This document shows, piece after piece, positions 1 through 8,665 of a stretch of DNA of 64,000 bases. The notes under the pieces were generated by a model. The model had not been told where the DNA came from. It saw only the letters and a list, made by a program, of their open reading frames with translations, and searched no databases. How positions within the stretch are numbered: the first letter of the stretch is position 1; each line of letters opens with the position of its first letter. The DNA lies in NCBI GenBank assembly GCA_028712365.1, contig JAQTQE010000002.1, forward strand, positions 22,366-86,365. Reading direction: 5' to 3'. The translations under genes and the position numbers were made by a program. The DNA comes from a bacterium (GTDB lineage Bacteria > CAYTYR01 > UBA6262).

Positions 1-612
1 GCTGATGAGAGCTGAGACTATACGGAGATAGCCAGTATAGTCTATGTTACGGATTATTACCTCCTCTGGGACGCTGACCATGGCGGTGGTACAGTTAATG
101 ATCCCTTTGATCTTCGCCCGCACTAACTTGTTAGCTATGTCCTGTGCTGCCTCCGGTGGTGTGCAGATAATGCCGATCTCAATTCCCTTGGATCCGATAA
201 TTGATTCAAGCTCATGTATCAGGTGTAGACTGACCTGGCTGACGATCATTTCAATTTTATTCAGGCTGACATCAAAACCAGCGGCTATCTCAAACCCTTC
301 TTCTTTGAATCCCTCGTAAGCCAGGATAGCGGTACCAATGCGCCCTAATCCTATAAGACAGGCTTTCCTGGGTTGAAAGAGCTTCAGATCCTGTCCGATG
401 TACTTTTTTAGCTTGGCTATATCATAATCCCGGCCAGCTACATTAGGCATGCTTAGATAGCTGATATCCTTGCGGACCGTAGCGTTGGTGGCATTGATGT
501 TCTTGCCGATCTGGGTGCTGGATACGGTTTTAATGCCACTTTTCTCCAGCTTCTCAAGTAAGCCGTATATATTGGAGAGTCTTTCTATCGCCGGTAAGGG
601 TATCTTTTTCAT
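1..612 (-). CDS. rex: Redox-sensing transcriptional repressor Rex (3' end truncated by window edge)
   Basis: Manual translation from ATG at 612: MKKIPLPAIERLSNIY...VSSTQIG...ATVRKDISYL (wHTH) then CLIGLGRIG...AAGFD (Rossmann NADH-binding), typical Rex architecture. Absent from the ORF track because it has no stop in the window. Confidence 0.9.
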   Translation of the reverse strand, partial: MKKIPLPAIERLSNIYGLLEKLEKSGIKTVSSTQIGKNINATNATVRKDISYLSMPNVAGRDYDIAKLKKYIGQDLKLFQPRKACLIGLGRIGTAILAYEGFKEEGFEIAAGFDVSLNKIEMIVSQVSLHLIHELESIIGSKGIEIGIICTPPEAAQDIANKLVRAKIKGIINCTTAMVSVPEEVIIRNIDYTGYLRIVSALIS

Positions 613-631
613 AGTGATCCTGTAGTAAATT

Positions 632-655
632 TACCTGTGAAAACTTTCACAGGTA
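632..655. promoter_or_regulatory. Rex operator (autoregulation)
   Basis: Perfect palindrome TACCTGTGAAA-AC-TTTCACAGGTA containing TGTGAA-N4-TTCACA (Rex box), 20 bp upstream of rex and immediately downstream of the -10 box. Confidence 0.8.
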
Positions 656-657
656 TA

Positions 658-686
658 ATAGTACCACCATTGCTTAAACTTGTCAA
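658..686 (-). promoter_or_regulatory. sigma70-type promoter of rex
   Basis: Minus strand TTGACA (686-681), 17-nt spacer ending TGG, TACTAT (663-658). Confidence 0.7.
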
Positions 687-697
687 GAAAATAATTA

Positions 698-1105
698 CTA
701 GGCAGAGATAAAGTCAGAAATGACCTTTTGGCAGGGAGTCCTATCGTACCAACTGCAATTATGGCAGAAATTGCGCAAAGAAGGATTGGTGAGGCGGCGG
801 AGGCGTTGGTGCAGCTCTGCTACATTATATATCCCGGGCTTGATCTTAAGCAGTTTAAAAGCCATTTTGTCAAAAGCTATAATCCTGGAGTTGGGGCCGT
901 CGATCGGGGAAATACAGGTGTTCTTGGACAGGTTAGGGCATTTTTTGCAGGCCATGTCCGGGCCAGCGATTACTTTGATCTTTTCTGTAGGGTTGTTAAG
1001 GTATATCTTTTGGAGTTTTTTAAAGTTACGGGAAAAAGCGGGAGAATACCCTTCTCCCTGGAACGCTATCAAGCATATCAAATGATGTCCTCGTAATGTA
1101 AGCAT
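698..1105 (-). CDS. DUF1284-family Cys/His-rich protein
   Basis: N-terminal LRGHHLICL, GPDMACKKCP and C-terminal CHNCSW...C pattern. Confidence 0.75.
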   Translation of the reverse strand: MLTLRGHHLICLIAFQGEGYSPAFSRNFKKLQKIYLNNPTEKIKVIAGPDMACKKCPNLSKNTCISPIDGPNSRIIAFDKMAFKLLKIKPGIYNVAELHQRLRRLTNPSLRNFCHNCSWYDRTPCQKVISDFISA

Positions 1106-1171
1106 GTTAGTCCTTTAAGGTATTACCGGGGTCCTGTCTCGGGTTGATACTGTGTATCAGTGAACTGGTTT

Positions 1172-1237
1172 TTTTGTTCAGTTAAGGTATATCGGCTCGT
1201 TTTCCCCGGCGCGAAAATCGCTTTTAAAAAAGTCTTA
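1172..1237. repeat. Short copy of the 12.0-12.2 kb structured element with a TIR-like end
   Basis: 1172-1199 matches 12028-12055 at 25/28 nt; 1200-1222 matches 12089-12111 at 21/23 nt; ends in CTTTTAAAAAAGTCTTA overlapping the upstream stop codon. Confidence 0.6.
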
Positions 1238-2005
1238 GGCGAAGTGCATGATCACGCCGGAAGCGATGGGCCAAAGTACAGAGAAAAACATCCGGTTCCA
1301 AACAGGATTGTTAAAATCATATATTTTGAGCGATAAAGCAGATATGGTCATGAGGAATAAAGGCCCCCAGATGAAGATACTGCCCAGATTGGTCAGGATA
1401 TTGAATTTAAGGCTGAAATGGACCACAATAGCAGTAACGGCAGAGACAAAGATCAATATGCGGCTCACAATGAACCCAGTATTGGCGAACAAGTATCCAA
1501 TACTGGAAAAACTGTTGAAACGGGTAACCAGCATCAACAGGAATACTATAAAAGCTGACAAACAAAAATATTTACCCGCGCTCCGGTTCAACTGCCCAAG
1601 GTTAGTAATGCCTTTGGCCATATAATGACTAAGATCGAAATCTTTTAATTGGTTTAAAGTGGCTGCTGGTCCAGGCTTGTTCTTATCCACAATTTTATTC
1701 ATGATGGGGTTAAGGACAACGATATTCTCTTTGTTGATCGCGCTTAACATCTGTTTGACTTCCGGGTCCAGGTCTTTTTCCTGATCTTGCCTGGCCGCGG
1801 CTTGTTTATCAAGTAATGCCCGCAATTGTTCCTGGTCCAGGACTGCCGGTCCTGTTGGATCAGTATCCTTGTTTCCCAGGGCCGCGTTAAATTCTTTTCT
1901 AATGTTGATCAAGTCTTTAGTCAGTCCGGTCAATTTCCCAGTTTGAAATCCAAATACGGCCAGGACCATGATGAAAATTAAAAAACTAAAAAACAGCGTT
2001 CTCAT
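1235..2005 (-). CDS. Hypothetical membrane protein (N-terminal anchor, soluble segment, C-terminal multi-TM)
   Basis: 256-aa ORF overlapping the P-II stop (ATGA-type coupling); hydrophobic N-terminus and about four C-terminal hydrophobic segments. Confidence 0.7.
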   Translation of the reverse strand: MRTLFFSFLIFIMVLAVFGFQTGKLTGLTKDLINIRKEFNAALGNKDTDPTGPAVLDQEQLRALLDKQAAARQDQEKDLDPEVKQMLSAINKENIVVLNPIMNKIVDKNKPGPAATLNQLKDFDLSHYMAKGITNLGQLNRSAGKYFCLSAFIVFLLMLVTRFNSFSSIGYLFANTGFIVSRILIFVSAVTAIVVHFSLKFNILTNLGSIFIWGPLFLMTISALSLKIYDFNNPVWNRMFFSVLWPIASGVIMHFA

Positions 2006-2331
2006 TTCAACATCTCCAGAAAGCCCACCGCCCGGTCAATTTTTTGGACAAAAGCAAATCCCCTTCCCGGCAAGTCAAGTTTGCCAGCGATGATGCAAGC
2101 ATTAAATACTCGGTCCGTAACATCTGACGGGGTGACGATCAGTATGATCTCTTTTTCCGGTTGGATGAGTGACCCGAATATGCCTATTTTCTGGCGCACG
2201 CCGGTGCCGCGGCCATAGTAAACTGTGGCACCCTGCGCTCCTTCTTGCAAGGATTGCTTGACTACTTTGTCTGCTTCTCCTCGTTGGACGATGCAAGTGA
2301 TGAGATCAAGTGATTGCATGCTTACCCCCAT
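2002..2331 (-). CDS. P-II family signal transduction protein
   Basis: GAQGATVYYGRGTG, PEKEIILIV, GKLDLPGRGFAFV. Start may be the ATG at 2319. Confidence 0.85.
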   Translation of the reverse strand: MGVSMQSLDLITCIVQRGEADKVVKQSLQEGAQGATVYYGRGTGVRQKIGIFGSLIQPEKEIILIVTPSDVTDRVFNACIIAGKLDLPGRGFAFVQKIDRAVGFLEMLK

Positions 2332-2407
2332 GAAATAATAAATCAGATTCTAAGTAACTTTTTGTGACTATTTGTGTCTATAGATTAAGAACATAACGGA
2401 GGACACA

Positions 2408-2755
2408 ATGAACAGCCTGTTACAAGAGAAAAGGAAATTCGAGAGATTCAACACCGCGGTTCAGGTCTTGTACCGGAATTCAGAGACTATCAATGCCGCT
2501 TTGTTGAAAAACGTGAGTATGAACGGTATGCTTTTGCATTGTCCCGAAGCATTACCGGTCAATGCTATGCTAACGATCACTCTCTCTGTTCCAGGTTTAA
2601 CCGCGAACAGCCCGAAAATAGCGAGCAAAGTCCTCTGGTGCAAAGAGCTGGAAAATAATGGTTGGTTGGTAGGTACGAGCCTGATCACCAACTTTTCACA
2701 AAGTACGCGGTTCATTACCGATGTTTTTGCTCTGCAGAATAGATCTAATAATTGA
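2408..2755 (+). CDS. PilZ domain protein (c-di-GMP receptor)
   Basis: EKRKFER (RxxxR) and NVSMNG (D/NxSxxG); SD GGAGG upstream. Only convincing plus-strand gene. Confidence 0.75.
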   Translation: MNSLLQEKRKFERFNTAVQVLYRNSETINAALLKNVSMNGMLLHCPEALPVNAMLTITLSVPGLTANSPKIASKVLWCKELENNGWLVGTSLITNFSQSTRFITDVFALQNRSNN

Positions 2756-2760
2756 TATAG

Positions 2761-3498
2761 TTAGTCCAATTCATACCGCACGATAGATGATACTACAATC
2801 CCGGCGGTTTCGGTGCGTAATATTCTTGACCCGAGACTGACCGGGATCACCCCTGCATATTTTGCCGCGGTTATTTCCTTGTCACTGAAGCCGCCTTCCG
2901 GTCCGATAAACACAATGATATCCCGGGCGGCTGTGCCGCGCAGAATATTCTTGAGGCCGGTAGTTTTTTCATTTTCCCAGGGGATAATAGCCAGCTGCCC
3001 GGGAGTAACCTGCTTAAAAAGCTCATTCAGATCAGCTACCGGAGCTACTACAGGTACGGTTGTGCTATGTGATTGTTCCGCTGCCGACCGGGCGATCTTT
3101 TGCCAGCGTTCCTGTTTCTTAGCCGCACCTGCCAAGTCTACTTTAACAATAGTCCGTTCACTCCGGCAGGGAATAAAGGTATCTACTCCGATTTCACTGC
3201 ATTTCTGTATAATAAGATCCATTTTATCGCCTTTGGCCAGTCCTTGTGCCAGGGTCAATTTTATTCTACCCGGAGTCCCGGCGATCACGCGGCTGATTAT
3301 CCTTCCTTCTGGTTCAGGATAGATCTTCTCAAGCTGGATTTCATACTCAAATCCAGTGCCGTCAAAAACAATGCAGCCATCCCCGGGTTTCATCCTGAGA
3401 ACGTTCTTGATATGATTGCCATGTTCTGCCGGGAGGATGACCGTATTGTCCCGGATGTTCTCCTGGGGAACATAAAAACGATGCAGGTTCTTTTTCAT
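2761..3498 (-). CDS. rsmE: 16S rRNA m3U1498 methyltransferase
   Basis: HIKNVLRMKPGD, KGDKMDLIIQKCSEIG, IGPEGGFS, LGSRILRTETA. Start placed at MKKNLH, overlapping the vanZ stop. Confidence 0.95.
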   Translation of the reverse strand: MKKNLHRFYVPQENIRDNTVILPAEHGNHIKNVLRMKPGDGCIVFDGTGFEYEIQLEKIYPEPEGRIISRVIAGTPGRIKLTLAQGLAKGDKMDLIIQKCSEIGVDTFIPCRSERTIVKVDLAGAAKKQERWQKIARSAAEQSHSTTVPVVAPVADLNELFKQVTPGQLAIIPWENEKTTGLKNILRGTAARDIIVFIGPEGGFSDKEITAAKYAGVIPVSLGSRILRTETAGIVVSSIVRYELD

Positions 3499-3875
3499 GT
3501 TTTCCTCAACTTCCGCCACCAAATGAATAGAGCTATGGCCAAGGTGGCTCCGACAGAGTCGCTGATCACGTCACTAATACTCGGGCTACGGGTAGGTTCA
3601 AAAAACTGTACCAATTCATTGGCCAGGCCCCAAATCACTGAATAAATGAAAGACACTATTCCTATGGAAACTATACTATATTTCCAGAATCTAAAGGCCA
3701 GGCAAAGAAGAGCAGCCAGGATGAAATATACTGCGGCATGGGCCAGGCTGGCCAAGAAGTCAAAAGGCAGGAATATTTCCACTTCCGCGGCAGGTTGTAA
3801 AGAAAGAAACAGCAGGAAAAGCGACCAGGTCATGGCCAGTATCAGATATCGTTTGGCGCGTTTAGTATAGGTCAT
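3495..3875 (-). CDS. VanZ-family membrane protein
   Basis: AHAAVYFIL, NELVQFFEPTRSPSISDVISDSVG. Confidence 0.8.
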   Translation of the reverse strand: MTYTKRAKRYLILAMTWSLFLLFLSLQPAAEVEIFLPFDFLASLAHAAVYFILAALLCLAFRFWKYSIVSIGIVSFIYSVIWGLANELVQFFEPTRSPSISDVISDSVGATLAIALFIWWRKLRKT

Positions 3876-3877
3876 AA

Positions 3878-4696
3878 TTAAAGGTCTAATAAAGTACTGG
3901 CATTGAGGGAGACGATCTTTTGCCGATCAGAATCGTCAGTGATCAGAGTTCCTAATTTAGCCAGCTCTTGTTTTTGGTCCTGCCAAGGGGAATCTGTACC
4001 GAATAAAATAAGGTCTGGATCGTGCCGCTCGACCAGTTGGCGAAAAGCATGGCTGGACATATAGTTCATAGCGAAAGAAGTGTCAATATAAACATCTTTG
4101 CCGATAATCTCTTCAAGCACTTCATCCCACATCTGGAATCCGCCCATATGCGCCAGCACCAGCTTCAGGTTAGGGAAAGCCTTGATCAGCCTGGCAAAAT
4201 GGGCCGGGGTACCGTGAACATTTTCAAAAGCAATATCCCTGCCGGCATGGAAAAACGCGATGAGCCTGGCTTTAGCCAATTCTTCATAGAGCGGGAACAT
4301 AGCCGCATCATCAGGAAAAAAATCCTGGTACTCAGGATGGAATTTCACTCCCTTGATACCGCCGGCTTTCAGCCGGGCGATCTCCTTTTGGTAATGGGGA
4401 TATTTCGGATGCAAGGCCCCGAAAGACATGATCCTCTGGTCTGTGATCTTAAGGGCATAGGAATTGATGCTTTCTACCTGGTCGGCCCGCGTAGCTACAG
4501 GGACCTGGATGCTAACCTGCACGCCGGAACGTTGCATGGAATCAAGCAGTCCCTGCCTGGTACCGTTGGTGAAAGCTTTACAGTCTGCTTCCGCTTCCAA
4601 AGCCGCAATGATCCTGGCCGCGCCATGATCGGGAAAAATATGAGTATGAATATCGACAATAGGATCTACTGTGGTATGAAGCTTGGATGTCATCAT
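3878..4696 (-). CDS. Amidohydrolase_2 family TIM-barrel metallohydrolase
   Basis: VDIHTH, GVKFHP, FHAG, LVLAHMGG, YIDTS, ILFGTDSPW. Confidence 0.9.
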   Translation of the reverse strand: MMTSKLHTTVDPIVDIHTHIFPDHGAARIIAALEAEADCKAFTNGTRQGLLDSMQRSGVQVSIQVPVATRADQVESINSYALKITDQRIMSFGALHPKYPHYQKEIARLKAGGIKGVKFHPEYQDFFPDDAAMFPLYEELAKARLIAFFHAGRDIAFENVHGTPAHFARLIKAFPNLKLVLAHMGGFQMWDEVLEEIIGKDVYIDTSFAMNYMSSHAFRQLVERHDPDLILFGTDSPWQDQKQELAKLGTLITDDSDRQKIVSLNASTLLDL

Positions 4697-5832
4697 CTTT
4701 TTTCCAGAGTAATGAAGGTAATTTCAGGAGGAGCCCCTACTCTTATTGGCGGCCCCCAGGTACCGGTACCACGGTTGACATAGACAGTAGTGTCACCGGA
4801 ACGGAATAAACCATAAGGCATAGCGTAGATCTTTTTAACAATATAGCGAAAAGGCCATAACTGGCCCTGGTGAGTATGTCCGCTTAACTGTAAATTTATA
4901 CCCAGGCGTTGCAATTCTGCCATGGTGGTCCCGGGGGTATGATAGAGTAATATTATTGGTTTCTTTGGATCAATGCCTTTCATTATCTCGGCCAGCGAGG
5001 GTATTTTCTCTCCTCCTACCCGCGTACCTGTAGGATCATCACGACCTACTATTTGTAATCCGCCGGCTACTTCTATCCAGCGGTTACGCAGCAAGCTCAC
5101 TCCGCCTCTTTCGATAAAAGCTTCAGCTTTTTCAATCCCGGCAAAATATTCATGGTTACCGGTGCAGGCAAAAACACCATATTTGCTTTTGAACCTTTGC
5201 AGGGGCTCTACCAGTTCTTCCATATGCAGGGCTTGTTCATCTACCAGGTCCCCGGTAATGACGATCAAATCAGGATTAAGATCATTCGTAAGAGTGACAA
5301 TTTTCTCCAGCCTTTTCCCCTGGATGATCAATCCCATATGTACATCGGAGATCTGGGCAATGGTAATTCTTTCCAGTTTTTCCGGTAGGTTGGGTATTTT
5401 TACGTTTAACCTGGTGATGCCAATATTAGTCGCTTCTGATAAACCATAGATGGTGACGGATAAAGCAATGGTTAATACCAGGTAAGTGAAAAGACGCGGG
5501 TTTTGCAGGATGTTATTCCCAGTAAGTTTTAGTACCAGCTTGAGCAGGTCTAATCCGATGGTCGCCAGGAACAAGTACACGATCATGCCCATCCAGACAG
5601 AAGAAATATAGTTGATGATCTCGACTATCAGGCCGTTTTGTCCCCTGGCGACAAAATGCAGCAAAGGGAAAGAAAGGCCTAAGGCGATGAATAATATCTT
5701 GATCAAGATAGAAGTAAAACCAGCCAACCGGAGGGGGTATATCAGCCGGATATAAAGATATAAGTGACTACCGCCATAAACAATGATAAAAATTGTTAAG
5801 AAACTCATAAAAAGCCAAAAGTATTGCCGCAT
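4693..5832 (-). CDS. Membrane-anchored metallophosphoesterase (YkuE-like)
   Basis: N-terminal TMs; SDVHMG, TGDLVD, TGNHE, LYH, SGHTHQGQ. Confidence 0.9.
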   Translation of the reverse strand: MRQYFWLFMSFLTIFIIVYGGSHLYLYIRLIYPLRLAGFTSILIKILFIALGLSFPLLHFVARGQNGLIVEIINYISSVWMGMIVYLFLATIGLDLLKLVLKLTGNNILQNPRLFTYLVLTIALSVTIYGLSEATNIGITRLNVKIPNLPEKLERITIAQISDVHMGLIIQGKRLEKIVTLTNDLNPDLIVITGDLVDEQALHMEELVEPLQRFKSKYGVFACTGNHEYFAGIEKAEAFIERGGVSLLRNRWIEVAGGLQIVGRDDPTGTRVGGEKIPSLAEIMKGIDPKKPIILLYHTPGTTMAELQRLGINLQLSGHTHQGQLWPFRYIVKKIYAMPYGLFRSGDTTVYVNRGTGTWGPPIRVGAPPEITFITLEKR

Positions 5833-5876
5833 GTAAACCTCGCAAAAACAATGTCAAAAAAGAAGTAAGGTGTTAC

Positions 5877-6494
5877 CTACCTCTTCATTACGAAAGGTTT
5901 AATTTTATAATATACGCGCTGGGCGATAATAGCGTACCCGGAAGCATTCGGGTGTATTTCATCGCTTTTTTTCGCGGGATCAGTAAATATGTCTTTAATG
6001 ATATTGGGAATATAGATACATCTCCTGTTATTGCTTACCTGTTCAAAAATATCATCATATTCATCGACTAATAAACCAATACGCACTCCGGCGACCGCGA
6101 CCATAGCCCCTCTTTCCTGGATTCGCCGGACTATCAGGTCCAGGTTGTCTTTGGTTTCGCTTTTAGGTATTTTCCGGAAAAAATCATTGGCGCCGAATTG
6201 TACGATAACGAGCTTAGGGTCCTTGTCCAGGACATCGGTTTGTAAACGCTCCAGCGCCTGGCGGGTAGTGTTGCCGCTGACGCCGGCGTTTATGATTGGC
6301 TGGTCTAAAAGTCTTGCGAGTACTGTAGGGTAATCTTCACCTGGTTTGGCACCATAGCCTTCAGTCAGGCTATCTCCGAAGCAGATAATGTTTCTACCTG
6401 TCGTGCCTGTATTGGCTACTTGCGGCTTACAAGCTACCGTGGGCATGATCATGGTCAGTAATAATAAATTAGTAGTTAGTTTGCACCAGGACAA
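5877..6494 (-). CDS. SGNH/GDSL arylesterase (TesA-like), probable lipoprotein
   Basis: FGDSLT, NAGVSG, GAND, DEIHPN blocks; signal peptide ending VAC. Confidence 0.85.
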   Translation of the reverse strand: MSWCKLTTNLLLLTMIMPTVACKPQVANTGTTGRNIICFGDSLTEGYGAKPGEDYPTVLARLLDQPIINAGVSGNTTRQALERLQTDVLDKDPKLVIVQFGANDFFRKIPKSETKDNLDLIVRRIQERGAMVAVAGVRIGLLVDEYDDIFEQVSNNRRCIYIPNIIKDIFTDPAKKSDEIHPNASGYAIIAQRVYYKIKPFVMKR

Positions 6495-7902
6495 AGGTCT
6501 TCTTGCCCTTCTTTACCGCGATATTGGTTATTTGTTCTTCTGCTGCCTTGCCACCGTTGCGGTTGTAATAATTAACCTTGAGATCATGCGTTCCTGCCGG
6601 TACGGTAAACCTGGCCATCCTGATAGTATCAGGCAGTACCTGCCAGCAGCGCTTATCTGCTTTCTCAGTCATAGCAGACGCTACTTTTACCGTGCTGGAT
6701 AATAAGAAAGTACTAATGGCATTGTCAGATTTTTGTTCTATTTTTTTGATCGCGGCCCTGGATAAGGCGTACTTTACCGCGGCGCGGGCAAAAGTCTTGG
6801 CATAGATGCGGCCAATCCGGTCATTCAGGCTTTTGACCGCGATCTTGCCGATATCTTCCACTACTTCGGTCGGCTTGCTTTTGTCGCCCAGTTCGATAAT
6901 ACTGGAAGTAATATTGTAATTAGTAGGTACATATTGCGGGAAGGCAGCGACGATTTGCTGGTCAGCGGCGATGGACCGGATAGCTGTTCCGGCGGTAGAG
7001 ACACTTTCCGCCGCTTCTCCTTCAGTTTTGACCGCTTTGACGAAGATCCAAGCCTTACTAAAGGCAATTTCCAGGATGTTGTCTATTTTATGCGGGACCA
7101 GCCCATTGTAGTGTATTACTATTATTTCACCGCTGTTCTTATCGGCTTTGGGCTGGTCATAACTGTCCGCCAGTTTAGGAAAATCCTGGCGCAGTTCATC
7201 CATCTCCGCATTGAACTGCAGCCTGGCGGCAGTCACCATGGCGCTGTTGAATAGTTCCTGCGGTATTTCCACCCCCATGGATTTTTGGAGGTCACGGTAG
7301 GTGTATAATGCTTTGCGGTACGAGATGAAGGCATCATTGGTCTCGCCTTCATTTTCGTACATTAAACCCATAAGATAACGTACAAAGCCGTCTTCCTTAT
7401 AGCTATTTTTATAGCCATAATTGGTTTGCAGGAGTTTGAGGTAATCATCGACTGCCCTGGCTTCGACCAGGGCATCTTCACCTTTATTGAGGAAAACATA
7501 ATTGAGCGCGGAGAACACATGAGCCATGGCAGGTTCAAAATCTTCTCCGTAATATGGCCGCATATTATCACTGATCAAAAAGGTAGAGGCTTCCTTGGTG
7601 ATGCTTTTGGTGAAATAGTCTTTAGCCAGTTTCCTGGCTTCATAAAGCATAATGTTGGATTTGGAATAATCTGCTCCAATATGGAACAGATATCCCTGGT
7701 CCAAGTAATACAACAGCAGGTCGTTTTCGCCGTAAAATTTATCAGCGTTATCTTCGACCTGTTTGTAGGCTTCTGTGTAGTTTTTCCGGGCCACATAGTC
7801 ATTAAGGGTATCATAATATGTCAGCCGATTGGCTCCGCACCCGGATAAGAATATACCAGAAAGCAGACTTAAGACAATAAGGAACCTTCTTGTTATATGC
7901 AT
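6469..7902 (-). CDS. COG3014-like lipoprotein
   Basis: Lipobox LSGC; helical TPR-like N-half, YYGEDFE, ADKRCWQVLP; adjacent to lpoB as commonly seen for this family. Confidence 0.7.
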   Translation of the reverse strand: MHITRRFLIVLSLLSGIFLSGCGANRLTYYDTLNDYVARKNYTEAYKQVEDNADKFYGENDLLLYYLDQGYLFHIGADYSKSNIMLYEARKLAKDYFTKSITKEASTFLISDNMRPYYGEDFEPAMAHVFSALNYVFLNKGEDALVEARAVDDYLKLLQTNYGYKNSYKEDGFVRYLMGLMYENEGETNDAFISYRKALYTYRDLQKSMGVEIPQELFNSAMVTAARLQFNAEMDELRQDFPKLADSYDQPKADKNSGEIIVIHYNGLVPHKIDNILEIAFSKAWIFVKAVKTEGEAAESVSTAGTAIRSIAADQQIVAAFPQYVPTNYNITSSIIELGDKSKPTEVVEDIGKIAVKSLNDRIGRIYAKTFARAAVKYALSRAAIKKIEQKSDNAISTFLLSSTVKVASAMTEKADKRCWQVLPDTIRMARFTVPAGTHDLKVNYYNRNGGKAAEEQITNIAVKKGKKTFVLVQTNY

Positions 7903-7937
7903 ATCTCTCTCTTTGCTCTAATCTGTGAAATCCTATG

Positions 7938-8549
7938 TTAGAATTTCGCTTTTGGCCTGGTGACCAGTTTCTTGATCTTTTTCTGGCCGATCCAGACTTT
8001 TTCGTTAGTGAGAATATTGATCATTTCCAGCTCAATCTGGTAATACTTGACTGCCTGTTTGCCAGCTTCATCCATGATAGTGTTGATCTGTCCCTGCAGC
8101 ATGAAATCAGCGCCCTTTTCCTTGCCCATAGCCTTGATAGTGGCTGGATCGGAAAAATTGGCTTGATCGTTCTTTTCATCGCGCACTTCGCCGCGCTGTT
8201 CCCTGGAAGCGACAAATTTTACTTTTCCGGAATTGATGAGCTCACGTTCGAGGTCCTTAACAAAAGTCTCAGTGTTGATATGCTCGCTGGAACGGTTCCT
8301 GACCGTGCCCACGATCACTGTCGGCGATTTGCCCTTTTCAGAGCGGAAATCTCCTACCCAGGGCCGGCCTAGTGAATCAGTGATCATCTCCGCTGACACT
8401 AGCTGGGAATCAGTATCATTCCAGTTACCGCTCAAGTCGATCATTTCGCCGGAGTCGACTCTCTGTACTTTTACTCCGCCGCAACCTGTTAAGAGAACTA
8501 CTGACATAGCGATGATCATGAGTGTTGCCAGATTCAATTTATTCTTCAT
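7938..8549 (-). CDS. lpoB: Penicillin-binding protein activator LpoB-like lipoprotein
   Basis: Lipobox LTGC, DLSGNWNDTDSQLV, VRNRSSEHI, GADFMLQGQI. Start at MKNKL with SD AGGAGG; the longer ORF to 8627 merely reads through a repeat. Confidence 0.8.
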   Translation of the reverse strand: MKNKLNLATLMIIAMSVVLLTGCGGVKVQRVDSGEMIDLSGNWNDTDSQLVSAEMITDSLGRPWVGDFRSEKGKSPTVIVGTVRNRSSEHINTETFVKDLERELINSGKVKFVASREQRGEVRDEKNDQANFSDPATIKAMGKEKGADFMLQGQINTIMDEAGKQAVKYYQIELEMINILTNEKVWIGQKKIKKLVTRPKAKF

Positions 8550-8565
8550 ACTACCTCCTTGTTTT

Positions 8566-8663
8566 AAATTCGAAGCACGAATTTCTAAATCCGAAATAAT
8601 TTCAAATATCAAATCACTAATGTTCAAAACAAAACGTTTAGTATTTCGATATTCGAATTTGTT
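8566..8663. repeat. 7-nt periodic inverted junction element
   Basis: Left arm AAATTCG AAGCACG AATTTCT AAATCCG AAATAAT; right arm GTTT AGTATTT CGATATT CGAATTT GTT. Confidence 0.8.
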
Positions 8664-8665
8664 CT

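Noticed and set aside
8550-8627. N-terminal extension of LpoB in the ORF track (similar extensions for pfp to 10030 and Memo to 61077)
   Set aside because: Extensions read through repeats or upstream genes; downstream ATGs have SD sites and match family N-termini.
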